This document shows positions 35,782-46,068 of a stretch of DNA of 52,069 bases, piece by piece (the first letter of the stretch is position 1; the number at the start of each line of letters is the position of its first letter). This DNA comes from Hyphomicrobiales bacterium (GTDB taxonomy: Bacteria > Pseudomonadota > Alphaproteobacteria > Rhizobiales > Beijerinckiaceae), in NCBI GenBank assembly GCA_031367295.1, contig JANLPP010000484.1, forward strand, positions 1-52,069, in the 5' to 3' direction. The position numbers and the translations under genes are program-made. The notes beneath the pieces are model-generated. The model did not search any database. It was not told the DNA's origin and saw only the letters and a program-made list of their open reading frames with translations.

Positions 35782-36963
35782 ATGATTGCCAGCAAAATTG
35801 TGTGGATGGGCCGGACGCTTGCACCCTGGTGCGCGAGCGCCCTGCTGCTGCTGTCTTTCACCGCCGACGCCGGCCAGGACTATGCCTATGGCGCCAGCCG
35901 CAGCGCGCTGAGCGCGCGCGCCGCCCCGCTGCCGGAGGAGCTGGTGCCGGCGCGGCGGGCTCTGGTTCTGGCGCACACTGGCCTTGGCGGATTTATGACC
36001 GGCGGGGACGCCGCAGGGCTGCCCATCGCCGAGGCGCGCCTTGCCCCGGGGTCCGCCGCTGACCTTGCCAGCCGCCCGGATGAAATTGCGCCAAGGCTGG
36101 AGATGAAGCCGCATCTTGGCCCCGGGCCCGCCGTCAACCGCAGCAGCCGGGGCGATCCATTTGTATCGCTGCGGCCAAGTTTTGATACCCGCCTGCGCGG
36201 GCCCGGCGCGCTCGACGCAGTCCGCGCCTCCGCCCTGTTTTACGCCGTGGACGAGGCGCTGCCAGTGTCGGCCTTTGAGCCAGGCGAGGGCGACGCGAGC
36301 GGCCCGGGCGCGACCGAGGCGTTTGAAACGCCAGGTACCCGCGCCCGGCAGGAGCATGCCCGCGCCAGGGTGCCGGAGTTCCAGAGCGGCGCGACCCCGG
36401 CGCTGCCGCGCGCCGTTGCGCTGGCCTCGACAACGCCCTCGACGCCCGACCTGACACCGGTCACCGTCAGCGTGGTTGCGCTGGCCGGGCCAAGGGCGGT
36501 GACGGTTGCCGAGCGCGCGCCCGACCAGCCGGACTTTGCCGCGCTGATCAGCCCGGCCAGCGCCGAAAGCGAGGAGCATTGCCTGGCGCAGGCGATCTAT
36601 TTTGAGGCGCGCAGCGAGCCTGAGGCGGGCATGGCGGCGGTAGCGCAGGTGGTGCTCAACCGGGTCAAAAGCGGCCTCTATGCTGACTCGGTCTGCGGCG
36701 TCGTGTTCCAGAACAGCCACCGCTACAAGGCCTGCCAGTTTTCCTTCACCTGTGAAGGCAAGTCGCTGCGCATTACCGAGCTTGACTACTGGCAGACCGC
36801 GCTGCGCATCGCGCGCGAGGTGACGGACGGCAGGACCTGGCTGGCCGACGTGGGCGGCTCGACGCATTACCACGCAAATTACGTGCGCCCGAACTGGGCC
36901 TCGCATCTCAAGCGCATGGACAAGATCGGTCACCACATTTTCTACCGCGTGCGCAATGGCTGA
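35782..36963 (+). CDS. SleB-like cell wall hydrolase with long low-complexity N-terminal region
   Basis: C-terminal CLAQAIYFEARSEPEAGMAAVAQVVLNRV...QFSF...THYHANYV (Hydrolase_2/SleB domain). Start at codon 15 of the ORF, giving a signal/TM-like MIASKIVWMGRTLAPWCASALLLLSF. Confidence 0.8.
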   Translation: MIASKIVWMGRTLAPWCASALLLLSFTADAGQDYAYGASRSALSARAAPLPEELVPARRALVLAHTGLGGFMTGGDAAGLPIAEARLAPGSAADLASRPDEIAPRLEMKPHLGPGPAVNRSSRGDPFVSLRPSFDTRLRGPGALDAVRASALFYAVDEALPVSAFEPGEGDASGPGATEAFETPGTRARQEHARARVPEFQSGATPALPRAVALASTTPSTPDLTPVTVSVVALAGPRAVTVAERAPDQPDFAALISPASAESEEHCLAQAIYFEARSEPEAGMAAVAQVVLNRVKSGLYADSVCGVVFQNSHRYKACQFSFTCEGKSLRITELDYWQTALRIAREVTDGRTWLADVGGSTHYHANYVRPNWASHLKRMDKIGHHIFYRVRNG

Positions 36964-36998
36964 GGCTGTGCTATGCGCCCGGTAACAAGGGGAAATGC

Positions 36999-37790
36999 AT
37001 GACCGGAAGATTCGATGGCAAAAGCGCGCTCATCACTGGCGCGGCCAATGGCATTGGCCTTGCCTGCGCGGCGCGCTTTGCCGCCGATGGCGCGCATGTT
37101 GTGCTTGCCGACATTGACGGCGTGAAAGCGCAGGCCGCCGCGCAAGACCTGCGCACGCAGGGCTATTCGGCAATCGCCGTCACCTGTGACGTGACAGACC
37201 GCGCCGACGTCGAGGCGGCGGTAGCGGCGGCGGTCAAGGCGTTTGGCGCGCTTGACATTATGGTCAGCAATGCGGGCATCGCCTCCGGCGCGCCTTTCAT
37301 CGACATGACCGACGCGCTGTTTGACCGGGTGATCGCGGTCAATCTGCGCTCGGTGTTTATCGGCGGCCAGTGCGCCGCGCGCCAGATGATTGCCCAGAAA
37401 ACCGGCGGTGCCATCATCAACATGTCGTCAGTCAATGCGCAGATGGCCATTCCCGGCCTTGCCGCCTATGGCGCGTCCAAGGGCGGCATCAACCAGCTGA
37501 CGCGGGTGATGGCGGTGGAGCTCGCGCCGCACGGCATCCGCGTCAATGCCATCGGCCCGGGCACGATCCTGACCGAGCTGGCGCGCAAGGCGGTGCTGGG
37601 GGACAAGGCGTCGCGGCACAAGGTGTTGTCGCGCACGCCGCTCGGGCGAGCGGGTGAGCCTGCGGAAATCGCCAGTGTCGCGGCGTTTCTGGCAAGCGGC
37701 GATGCGGCCTATGTCACCGGCCAGGTCATCTATCCTGACGGCGGGCGCATGGCGCTGAATTACACGGTGCCGGTTGCGGACGAGGGGTGA
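36999..37790 (+). CDS. Classical SDR oxidoreductase
   Basis: 263 aa. [17 protein letters not shown] and YGASKGG motifs. Confidence 0.9.
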   Translation: MTGRFDGKSALITGAANGIGLACAARFAADGAHVVLADIDGVKAQAAAQDLRTQGYSAIAVTCDVTDRADVEAAVAAAVKAFGALDIMVSNAGIASGAPFIDMTDALFDRVIAVNLRSVFIGGQCAARQMIAQKTGGAIINMSSVNAQMAIPGLAAYGASKGGINQLTRVMAVELAPHGIRVNAIGPGTILTELARKAVLGDKASRHKVLSRTPLGRAGEPAEIASVAAFLASGDAAYVTGQVIYPDGGRMALNYTVPVADEG

Positions 37791-37833
37791 AGCGCCTAGA
37801 AGCGCCCCCAGATTCAGCCCCGAAGGACAGTTC

Positions 37834-38547
37834 ATGCGCCCATCCAAACGCGCCCCCGGCCAGATGCGCACCGTGTCGCTTGAACGCAATGTGGCGCGCT
37901 ATGCCGAAGGCTCGTGCCTCGTCAAGTTCGGCGACACGCATGTGCTCTGCGCCGCTTCGCTGGAGGAAAAGCCGCCGCTGTGGCTGCGCGGCCAGGGCAA
38001 GGGCTGGGTGACCGCCGAATATGCCATGCTGCCGCGCGCCACAAACACCCGCACCAAGCGCGAGTCCGTCAGCGGCAAGCCCTCTGGCCGCACCCAGGAA
38101 ATCCAGCGCCTGATCGGCCGCAGCCTGCGCGCCGTGGTGGATCTGCCCAAACTGGGCGAGCGCGCCATCACCATCGACTGCGATGTGCTGCAAGCCGATG
38201 GCGGCACGCGCACGGCAGCGATTACCGGCGCGTGGGTGGCGTTGCATGACTGCATCGCCTGGATGCGTGCCCGCAGCATGATCAAGGACAGCCCGATCCG
38301 TGATCACGTGGCGGCCGTGTCCTGCGGCATCTACAAAAATGTCGCGGTGGCCGATCTCGACTACGCGGAGGATTCCGCCGCCGAGACCGACGCGAATTTT
38401 GTCATGACCGGCAGCGGCGGCCTCGTTGAGGTGCAGGCGACTGCCGAGGGCGCGCCGTTCTCGCCTGCGCAATTGCAGGAGCTGATGGCGCTGGCCGCAG
38501 GCAGCATCGCCGCGCTGGTCGACGCGCAGAAGCGGGCGGTGGGGTAA
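37834..38547 (+). CDS. rph: Ribonuclease PH
   Basis: [39 protein letters not shown]...[14 protein letters not shown]...[15 protein letters not shown]. Confidence 0.95.
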   Translation: MRPSKRAPGQMRTVSLERNVARYAEGSCLVKFGDTHVLCAASLEEKPPLWLRGQGKGWVTAEYAMLPRATNTRTKRESVSGKPSGRTQEIQRLIGRSLRAVVDLPKLGERAITIDCDVLQADGGTRTAAITGAWVALHDCIAWMRARSMIKDSPIRDHVAAVSCGIYKNVAVADLDYAEDSAAETDANFVMTGSGGLVEVQATAEGAPFSPAQLQELMALAAGSIAALVDAQKRAVG

Positions 38548-38598
38548 ACGCGATCCTGGTGATCAGAGGGTAATCAACGTGCTTCAACCGCGCCGTCC

Positions 38599-38624
38599 TG
38601 GCCGGGCTTGTCCCGGCCAAGACG
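38599..38624. repeat. Single copy of the GGCCGGG-N-CCCGGCCAAGACG hairpin element (family of 9839-9949)
   Basis: TGGCCGGGCTTGTCCCGGCCAAGACG here versus TGGCCGGGACCAGCCCGGCCAAGACG at 9922-9947. Confidence 0.5.
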
Positions 38625-38670
38625 GAAAAAGTGCTGCGTATGAATTGTGTTGGCGAGGCAAAGTGAGCGT

Positions 38671-39831
38671 ATGACCTTCCCGATCACTGAAGAGCAGTCG
38701 ATGCTCGTCGACACCGTGCGCGCCTTCGTCGAGAAGGAGCTGTATCCGCACGAGGCGCTTGTCGAAAAGCTCGATGACATCCCCGCCGAAATCGCGCTGG
38801 AGGTGCGGCGCAAGTCCATCGCGCTGGGCCTTTACTGCGCCAACATGCCGGAGCGCTTTGGCGGCGGCGGGCTTGACGCGATGAGTTTCACGCTGATGGA
38901 GCGCGAGCTTGGCCGCGCCTCCTACGCGCTGCACATGCAGGTGTGGCGGCCCTCCAATATTCTGCAGGGCTGCTCGCCCGGTCAGGTGGAACGCTACCTC
39001 ATTCCCACCATCAGGGGCGAGCGGTTTGACTGCCTTGCCATGACCGAGCCGGGCGCTGGGTCTGACATCCGCTCGATGAAAACGCGGGCGGAGAAGCGCG
39101 GTGACAGCTATGTCATCAACGGCTCGAAACATTTCATCAGCCATGCCGACTGGGCCGACTATGTGGTGCTGTTCGCCCGCAGCGGGACTGAAGAAACCAG
39201 GCGCGGCAGCAAGGCGCTGATCTCGGCGTTTCTGGTCGACATGGGCACGCCGGGCTTTACGGTGCGGCGCGGTGCCGCGTCGGTGTCGCATCGCGGTTAC
39301 CACAATTGCGAGCTGTTTTTCGACGATTGCGTGGTGCATGAATCACAGCTGCTTGGCGAGGCAGGCAAGGGCTTTGACCTGATGAACGCGTGGCTCGGCT
39401 CAACGCGCCTGACGGTGGCCGCGACCAGCGTCGGCCGGGCGATGCGGGCGCAGGAAATGACGCTGGCCTGGGCGGCGGCGCGCCAGCAGTTTGGCGAGAA
39501 GATCGGGCGCTTTCAGGGTGTGTCTTTCCAGCTTGCCGACAGCGCGACGGAGATTGCGGCGGCGGACCTGCTGACGCTGTCAGCCGCGCACAGGCTGGCC
39601 CAGGGCAACGCGCGCGACGAGGATTACGCGATGGCAAAACTCTACGCCACCGAGACGCTGGCGCGGGTCACCGACCGCGCGGTCCAGATACACGGCGGCA
39701 TGGGCCTGATGTCGTCGCTGCCCATCGAGCGCTTCTGGCGTGACGCCCGCGTCGAGCGCATCTGGGACGGCACCAGCGAAATCCAGCGTCACATCATCGC
39801 GCGCGCCGCGCTGCGCCCGCTCGGCTGCTGA
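38671..39831 (+). CDS. Acyl-CoA dehydrogenase family protein
   Basis: Start at codon 9 of the ORF. ACAD pattern EEQSMLVDTVRAFVEKEL...CLAMTEPGAGSD...IHGGMGL...RIWDGTSEIQR. Confidence 0.9.
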   Translation: MTFPITEEQSMLVDTVRAFVEKELYPHEALVEKLDDIPAEIALEVRRKSIALGLYCANMPERFGGGGLDAMSFTLMERELGRASYALHMQVWRPSNILQGCSPGQVERYLIPTIRGERFDCLAMTEPGAGSDIRSMKTRAEKRGDSYVINGSKHFISHADWADYVVLFARSGTEETRRGSKALISAFLVDMGTPGFTVRRGAASVSHRGYHNCELFFDDCVVHESQLLGEAGKGFDLMNAWLGSTRLTVAATSVGRAMRAQEMTLAWAAARQQFGEKIGRFQGVSFQLADSATEIAAADLLTLSAAHRLAQGNARDEDYAMAKLYATETLARVTDRAVQIHGGMGLMSSLPIERFWRDARVERIWDGTSEIQRHIIARAALRPLGC

Positions 39832-39836
39832 CGCGC

Positions 39837-41906
39837 ATGCGCAGCCCGCTCGCCCGCCTGCTGTCGCCGGGCTCGATCGCCGTGATCGGCGGGCGCGAGG
39901 CGCAAGAGGTGATGCGCCAGTGTGACCGGATCGGTTTTGCCGGCACGCTCTGGCCGGTCAACCCGAAGCGCGCGGAAATGCAGGGCCGCAGGACGTTTGC
40001 GTCGGTCGCCGAATTGCCGGAAGCACCGGACGCCAGCTTCATCGCCGTGCCGCGCGCGGCGCTGGTCGAAGTGGTCGCCGCGCTGGCCGGGCGCGGCGCC
40101 GGCGGCGCGGTGTGCTACGCGGCGGGCTTTGCCGAAACCGGCGCGGAGGGCGCGGCGCTGGAGCGTGACCTGGTGGCGCGCTCGGGTGATATGGCGCTCA
40201 CCGGCCCCAATTGCTACGGCCACATCAACTATCTTGACGGCGCGGCGCTGTGGCCGGACCAGCATGGCGGGCAGCGGGTTGCGCGCGGCGTCGCCATCGT
40301 CACGCAGTCCGGCAACATCGGGCAGAACCTGACGATGCAGCGGCGCTCGCTGCCGCTTGCCTTGCTCGTCACTGTCGGCAACAAGGCCAAGGGCGACATG
40401 GCCGATTACGTCAACGCGTTTCTGGATGATGAGCGCGTCACCGCGATCGGCCTGCATATCGAAGGCCTCGCCGACATCCCCGCCTTTGACCGCGCGGCGG
40501 CGCGGGCGCGCGCGCAGGGCGTGCCGATAGTTGTGGTCAAGACCGGGCGCTCGGCAACGGGGGCGGCCATCGCATTGTCGCACACCGCCTCGCTGGCGGG
40601 CGAGGACCGGCTGTATGACGCGCTCTTCGCCCGCAACGGCGTGGCGCGCGCGCCCGACCTTTCGGTGTTTGTTGAAACGCTGAAGTACCTGCACGTGCAT
40701 GGCCCGCTGCCAGGGCGCGCGGTTTCCTGCATGAGCTGTTCGGGCGGCGAGGCCTCGCTGGCGGCTGACCTTGCCTGCCTGCATGGCCTTGCAACGCCGG
40801 CGCTGCCAGCGCATGTCCAGACCGGTCTTGCCGCCGTTCTGGGTCCGCGTGTGCCGCTTGCCAATCCGCTCGACTACCACACCTATATCTGGGGCGATGC
40901 CGTGTTGCAGACCGCCTGCTTCAGGGCGATGCTGCGCGGGCGCTTTGACGCCAGTTTGCTGGTGCTGGATTTTCCGCGCCAGGACCGCTGTGAAGGCGCC
41001 GCATGGGACGTGACCATGCGGGCCTTTGCGGCGGCTGCCCGCGTCGAACATGCCCCCGCCTGCCTCGTTTCGAGCCTGCCCGAGACTTTGCCTGAGGCAC
41101 AGGGCGGCTGGCTTCTGGAGCAGGGCATTGCGCCAATGCAGGGGCTGGGGGAAGCGTTTGCGGCGCTGGGCCTGGCGGCGGGCATCGGCGAGGCCTGGGG
41201 GCGGGAGCGGCCGGCGGAAGCCGCGCCGCCTGACCGATTGCTGTGGTCCGGCCTTGAGCAATTGAGCGAAGCGCAGGCCAAGGCCGCGCTTGCCGCATTT
41301 GGCCTTGCTGTCCCGGCCCATCGGGTGGCGAGGCAGGCGGGCGTTGCGGCGGCGGCGCGGGAAATTGGCCTGCCGGTCGTCGTCAAAGCCCTGTCGCGGG
41401 ACATTGCCCACAAGACGGAGGCCGGCGCGGTCAGGCTCAACCTCGCTACGCCGGAGGAAGCCGCGCGCGCCGCAGCCGCCATGGCGCATCTTGCCGGCGA
41501 GTTTCTGGTCGAGCGCATGCACGGCGGCGCGGTCGCAGAACTGATCATTGGTGTCGCCCGTGATCCGCAATTTGGCCTGACGCTGACAATCGGGGCGGGC
41601 GGCGTGCTGGTGGAGCTGCTGGAAGATGCGGTGACCCTGCTCCTGCCGGTGCAGCGGGACGAGGTGGCGCGGGCGCTTGCCGGGCTGAAGGTCAGCCGCT
41701 TGCTCACGGGCTTTCGCGGGCGCGCGGCGGGAGACGTTGCGGCTGCCATTGACGCGGTAATGGCCGTGGCGCGCTTCGCTGACTGGAACAACACCTCCCT
41801 GCAGGAACTCGACATCAATCCCCTGCTGGTCATGCCCGCCGGGCAGGGCGCCATCGTCGCGGACGCGCTCATCCGCATCGGCTGCGGCGGACTGCGCACG
41901 CCATGA
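39837..41906 (+). CDS. ADP-forming acyl-CoA synthetase (fused CoA-binding, ligase-CoA and ATP-grasp domains)
   Basis: 689 aa. LLSPGSIAVIGG...WPVNPK..., GPNCYG, VTQSGN and HTASLAG (phosphohistidine loop). The C-terminal ATP-grasp region has VVKALSRDIAHKTEAGAVRLNL. Confidence 0.85.
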   Translation: MRSPLARLLSPGSIAVIGGREAQEVMRQCDRIGFAGTLWPVNPKRAEMQGRRTFASVAELPEAPDASFIAVPRAALVEVVAALAGRGAGGAVCYAAGFAETGAEGAALERDLVARSGDMALTGPNCYGHINYLDGAALWPDQHGGQRVARGVAIVTQSGNIGQNLTMQRRSLPLALLVTVGNKAKGDMADYVNAFLDDERVTAIGLHIEGLADIPAFDRAAARARAQGVPIVVVKTGRSATGAAIALSHTASLAGEDRLYDALFARNGVARAPDLSVFVETLKYLHVHGPLPGRAVSCMSCSGGEASLAADLACLHGLATPALPAHVQTGLAAVLGPRVPLANPLDYHTYIWGDAVLQTACFRAMLRGRFDASLLVLDFPRQDRCEGAAWDVTMRAFAAAARVEHAPACLVSSLPETLPEAQGGWLLEQGIAPMQGLGEAFAALGLAAGIGEAWGRERPAEAAPPDRLLWSGLEQLSEAQAKAALAAFGLAVPAHRVARQAGVAAAAREIGLPVVVKALSRDIAHKTEAGAVRLNLATPEEAARAAAAMAHLAGEFLVERMHGGAVAELIIGVARDPQFGLTLTIGAGGVLVELLEDAVTLLLPVQRDEVARALAGLKVSRLLTGFRGRAAGDVAAAIDAVMAVARFADWNNTSLQELDINPLLVMPAGQGAIVADALIRIGCGGLRTP

Positions 41907-42820
41907 GCGCGCTCACCGCCGCCGCGCATCGCGCCGCTTATCTGCAAGGCAGCCTGCTGGTGCTGGCGGCAGGCATGTTCTGGAGCTTCACCGGCGTGCT
42001 GGTGCGCAGCGCGCCAGCCAGCGACGGCTGGCAATATCTGGGCTGGCGCTCGGTCGGCGCGGCGCTGTTCTTCTGGGTCTACAGCCGCTGGCGCGGTCAG
42101 GGCTCGCCGGTGCGCAATTTCCTCAAGCTTGGAGCGCTGGGCTGGCTTGCCACCATCGCCATATTCATGGCCTCGCTCAGCTATATATTCGCGCTGAAAA
42201 GCACGACCGTCGCCGCGACGCTGTTCCTGTCGTCCTGCTCGCCTTTGCTCACCGGCCTGATGGCGTGGGCCGTGCTGCGTGAAAAGCTGGACTTCGCCTC
42301 GCTCTGCGCCATCGCGGTCGGGCTGGCAGGCGTGGCGCTGATGATGCTGGGCAAGTCCGACGGCTCGATGACGCTGTTCGGCAATGCGCTGGCCTTCAAT
42401 TCCGGCCTGATGTTCGGCGTTTACAACATCTGCCTGCGCCTGCGCCGGGACCGTGATTTTGGCCCCACCATGTTTGTCTATGCCCTGTTTGCGGTGGTGG
42501 TCAGCCTTGTCGCCACCCTGCTCAACGGCAGGCCGCTGGCGCCGCCTGTGCAGGAGATAGCCATTGCGCTGTTCAACGGGTTTGTCTTCATCGGCATTGG
42601 CTCGGCCTTGTTCATCCGCGGCGCGGCGCATGTGCCGGCCGCCGGGCTTGCCGTGCTGTCGCAGACCGAGGCAGTGTTCGGCCCGGTCTGGGTGGCACTG
42701 GTCATTGGCGAGGTGCCGGCACCCTTCGCCATAGCGGGCGGTGTGCTGATCCTCGGTGCGGTTGTGGCCATGGCGCTGCACGGGCGCAGCAAAACGCCGC
42801 CCCAGGGCATGGTTGGCTAG
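41903..42820 (+). CDS. DMT-superfamily (EamA-like) transporter
   Basis: 305 aa with about 10 TM segments in two similar halves. ATGA overlap with the upstream gene. Confidence 0.85.
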   Translation: MSALTAAAHRAAYLQGSLLVLAAGMFWSFTGVLVRSAPASDGWQYLGWRSVGAALFFWVYSRWRGQGSPVRNFLKLGALGWLATIAIFMASLSYIFALKSTTVAATLFLSSCSPLLTGLMAWAVLREKLDFASLCAIAVGLAGVALMMLGKSDGSMTLFGNALAFNSGLMFGVYNICLRLRRDRDFGPTMFVYALFAVVVSLVATLLNGRPLAPPVQEIAIALFNGFVFIGIGSALFIRGAAHVPAAGLAVLSQTEAVFGPVWVALVIGEVPAPFAIAGGVLILGAVVAMALHGRSKTPPQGMVG

Positions 42821-42848
42821 GGCTGCCTCCGGCTGCTAGACTCGCCGC

Positions 42849-43598
42849 ATGCTCAGTCTGTTCCGGCGAATCACCGCGCCTGCCGCCGAGGTGTCGAGCT
42901 TCGACATTTCCCATGGCGGCGAGACCTATGTCGTTGCCATCCGGCGCTCGGCCAGCGCGCGGCGGCTGACGCTGCGTGTGCGTGCCGCCAGCCGCGATGT
43001 GGTACTGACCATGCCTGCGCGCAGCCCGCTGAAGGCCGCGCGCGATTTTACCGAGCGTCACGGCGCATGGATCGGCGTGCGTCTGCGCCGCCTGCCGCAG
43101 CAGATTGCGTTTGTGCCGGGCGCGGTCATCCCGCTGCGCGGTGTTGAACATGTCGTCACGCACCGGGCTGGCACGCGCGGCACGGTCACCATCGAGGCGC
43201 TGGACGATGGCCGCCTCGGCCTGTGTGTGGCGGGCGGCGAGGCGCATGTGCCGCGGCGCGTCACCGACTATCTGATGGCGCAGGCGCGGCGCGACATCGA
43301 AGCCGCCGTCGCCTTCCACACCGCTGCGATCAGGCAGCCCGCGCGCTCGATCACACTGCGCGACACGTCGAGCCGCTGGGGCTCCTGCTCGTCGCAGGGC
43401 TCGCTCAATTTCTCCTGGCGGCTGGTACTCGCGCCCGCCTATGTGCTGGATTATCTCTGCGCCCATGAGGTCGCCCACCTCGTGCACATGAACCACTCCG
43501 CGCGTTTCTGGAAACTCACCCGGTCGCTCTGCCCCGCCACCGACCGGGCCGAGGCCTGGCTGAAGGCCCATGGCTCCGGGTTGCACAAGTACGGATGA
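42849..43598 (+). CDS. YgjP/DUF45-type (M48-like) zinc metallopeptidase
   Basis: 249 aa. RWGSCSSQGSLNFSWRL...YLCAHEVAHLVHMNHSARFW (HExxH). Confidence 0.8.
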   Translation: MLSLFRRITAPAAEVSSFDISHGGETYVVAIRRSASARRLTLRVRAASRDVVLTMPARSPLKAARDFTERHGAWIGVRLRRLPQQIAFVPGAVIPLRGVEHVVTHRAGTRGTVTIEALDDGRLGLCVAGGEAHVPRRVTDYLMAQARRDIEAAVAFHTAAIRQPARSITLRDTSSRWGSCSSQGSLNFSWRLVLAPAYVLDYLCAHEVAHLVHMNHSARFWKLTRSLCPATDRAEAWLKAHGSGLHKYG

Positions 43599-43656
43599 GG
43601 GGTGTGGAGAAGGGGCGGCGCACCGGGCGGTCCCGCTGCGCGACGGTTCGGACCCT

Positions 43657-43684
43657 CTTGCATCCCCCGCCAATCCCCTATATG
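43657..43684 (+). promoter_or_regulatory. Possible sigma-70-type promoter of rpsB (CTTGCA ... CTATAT)
   Basis: CTTGCATCCCCCGCCAATCCCCTATATG resembles the alphaproteobacterial CTTGAC-N17-CTATAT consensus, but the spacer is short (15-17 nt depending on register). Confidence 0.3.
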
Positions 43685-43803
43685 CACCCGCCCATTCCAC
43701 AGGCGGATGAAGCGCGGCGCTGATTCAAGCGTCGTTCCGGTGGTCTTGCCCAAAAAGCAAGTCCCAAAGTTCCGCCGAGGTTCAACCGGAGAGAGATTAC
43801 CCC

Positions 43804-44847
43804 ATGGCTTTGCCAGACTTTTCCATGCGCCAGCTGCTTGAGGCCGGCGCGCATTTTGGCCACCAGTCGCATCGCTGGAACCCCAAGATGGCGCCTTTCA
43901 TCTTTGGCGCGCGCAACAACATCCATATCATCGATCTGGCCCAGACCGTGCCGCTGCTGCATCAGGCCCTGAAGGCCGTGTCCGACACCGTCGCGCGCGG
44001 CGGTCGCGTGCTGTTTGTCGGCACCAAGCGCCAGGCGACAGACCAGATTGCCGACGCCGCCAAGCGCTCGGCGCAATATTATGTCAACGCCCGCTGGCTC
44101 GGCGGCATGCTGACCTACTGGAAAACGATTTCGGGCTCCATCACGCGCCTGCGCAAGGTTGAGGAGCTGCTCGGGCCAGGCGGCGCGCAGGGCCTGACCA
44201 AGAAAGAGCGGCTGATGCTGTCGCGCGAACAGAGCAAGCTGGAAAAGGCGCTGGGCGGCATCAAGGACATGGGCGGCACGCCTGACCTGATTTTCGTCAT
44301 CGACACCAACAAGGAAGCGCTGGCGATCAAGGAAGCCAACCGCCTTAACATTCCGGTGGCGGCGATCCTCGACACCAATTGCGATCCGGCCGGCATTTCC
44401 TTCCCGGTGCCGGGCAATGACGACGCGGGCCGCGCCATTGCGCTTTATTGCGACCTGTTTGCCCGCGCCGCCATCGACGGCATTTCGCGCAGCCAGGGCT
44501 CCGGCGGCGTTGATATTGGCGCGATGGAAGCCCCGATGGCCGAGGAGCTGCCGGTGGCGGTGGTTCACGAGGCCGAGGCGGCCGGCGAGACCGGCGGCGA
44601 CGCGCCTGCCGAAGCTTTCGAAATTCTCACCGCCCCGCGCGGCGCGCCTGATGACATGGGCAAGCTGCAGGGTGTCGGCCCGCAGATCGTCAAGAAGCTG
44701 ACCGAGGGCGGGCTGTTCCACTTCTGGCAGCTGGCCGCGATGACGCCGGACGACGTCAAGAAAGTCGACCATGACCTGAAGCTCGGCGGCCGCATCGACC
44801 GCGACGGCTGGGTTGCGCAGGCGCGCCAGCTGATGGCGGGCGGCTGA
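43804..44847 (+). CDS. rpsB: 30S ribosomal protein S2 with ~90-aa C-terminal extension
   Basis: [29 protein letters not shown]...VGTKRQA...[15 protein letters not shown]. The S2 core ends near residue 230-250. Residues ~276-347 form an extra domain. Confidence 0.95.
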   Translation: MALPDFSMRQLLEAGAHFGHQSHRWNPKMAPFIFGARNNIHIIDLAQTVPLLHQALKAVSDTVARGGRVLFVGTKRQATDQIADAAKRSAQYYVNARWLGGMLTYWKTISGSITRLRKVEELLGPGGAQGLTKKERLMLSREQSKLEKALGGIKDMGGTPDLIFVIDTNKEALAIKEANRLNIPVAAILDTNCDPAGISFPVPGNDDAGRAIALYCDLFARAAIDGISRSQGSGGVDIGAMEAPMAEELPVAVVHEAEAAGETGGDAPAEAFEILTAPRGAPDDMGKLQGVGPQIVKKLTEGGLFHFWQLAAMTPDDVKKVDHDLKLGGRIDRDGWVAQARQLMAGG

Positions 44848-44972
44848 CCCTTTAAGCACGCGGCATCACCGTCTTCCTCTGGGTTCGGCCCACAGGGAGA
44901 GGGTGCGCATGGCGCTCTTCAGGCTGATATTTCATCCGCTTTGCGGAACACATCATTCAAGGGACAAAACCC

Positions 44973-45890
44973 ATGGCCGAGATCACAGCCCAGCTGGTGA
45001 AAGACCTGCGCGAGAAGACTGGCGCGGGCATGATGGACTGCAAGAATGCGCTGAAGGAAACCAATGGCGATGTTGAGGCCGGTATCGACTGGCTGCGCAA
45101 GAAGGGCCTGTCAAAGGCCGCCAAGAAATCCGGGCGCATTGCGGCTGAAGGCCTCGTCGCCATCAACGTGCGCGGCCATGAGGGCGTCGTGGTTGAGGTC
45201 AATTCGGAGACGGATTTTGTCGCCCGCAATGGCGAGTTCCAGTCGCTGGCACGCAGCATTGCGGCGGTGGCGCTGGAGCATGGCGCCGATGTCGAGCACC
45301 TGAAGAACGCCCATTATCCCGGCGGCGGCACGGTCACCGACGCGCTCAACAATGCCATCGCCACCATTGGCGAGAACATGACGCTGCGCCGCGCCGCAGG
45401 CCTCAAGGTCGCGCAGGGCGTTGTCGCGAGCTATGTGCACAATGCCATTGTCGAGGGGCTTGGCAAGATCGGCGTGATCGTTGCGCTGGAGTCTGCCGGC
45501 AATACGGACACGCTCGGCGCGCTGGGCAGGCAGATCGCGGCGCATATTGCTGCGTCAAGCCCGCTGGCGCTGGAAGCTTCGGGTCTTGATCCGGCGCTGG
45601 TGGCGCGCGAGCGCGCCGTGCTGGCCGACAAGAACGCCGGCAAACCGCCGAACGTGCTGGAGAAGATTGTCGAGAGCGGTTTCAGGACCTATTGCAAGGA
45701 AGTCTGCCTGCTGGACCAGGCTTTTATCTATGACAACACCAGGAGCGTGGCGCAGGCGCTGAAGGAAGCCGAGAAGGCTGCGGGCGCGCCGATAGCGCTG
45801 AAAGGCTTTGTGCGCTTTGCGCTGGGCGAGGGCATTGAGAAGCCTGTCGGCCCCGACTTTGCGGCGGAAGTCGCCGGCATGGCGCGCTGA
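44973..45890 (+). CDS. tsf: Elongation factor Ts
   Basis: [45 protein letters not shown]... Confidence 0.95.
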   Translation: MAEITAQLVKDLREKTGAGMMDCKNALKETNGDVEAGIDWLRKKGLSKAAKKSGRIAAEGLVAINVRGHEGVVVEVNSETDFVARNGEFQSLARSIAAVALEHGADVEHLKNAHYPGGGTVTDALNNAIATIGENMTLRRAAGLKVAQGVVASYVHNAIVEGLGKIGVIVALESAGNTDTLGALGRQIAAHIAASSPLALEASGLDPALVARERAVLADKNAGKPPNVLEKIVESGFRTYCKEVCLLDQAFIYDNTRSVAQALKEAEKAAGAPIALKGFVRFALGEGIEKPVGPDFAAEVAGMAR

Positions 45891-46068
45891 CGCCGCCTGA
45901 AAAAGAACTTGCAGCCGCTTGTGCGCAAAGCCATAAGCGGTTGTCTGACCCTTGGCTCGCCGCGCGCCTGACCAGGTGACCGTGAGCCGCGCTCTCCCGA
46001 ATGTCTGCCGCAATTGATGCGCGCCCGCTTGACAGCCGGCGCTGGCAAACACGTACGGGAGCGCTCCG

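Noticed and set aside
33714-36936. ORFs 33714..34679 (+), 34773..36062 (+, 429 aa) and 35752..36936 (-, 394 aa).
   Set aside because: They are antisense to polA and to the SleB-like gene, with Arg/Gly/Ala/His-dominated sequences and no motifs. They are a GC-rich frame artefact.
39789-42781. Very long reverse ORFs 39789..41570 (593 aa) and 40883..42781 (632 aa).
   Set aside because: Despite their length they are antisense shadows of the acyl-CoA synthetase and DMT genes. They show a homopolymer-like R/A/G/P/Q composition and no start context.
43599-43803. Track ORF 43602..43841 and a possible structured rpsB leader.
   Set aside because: The ORF is Arg/Pro-rich and overlaps the rpsB start. 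I see only short stems (for example CTTGC-N7-GCAAG) and cannot support a defined leader motif without covariation data.
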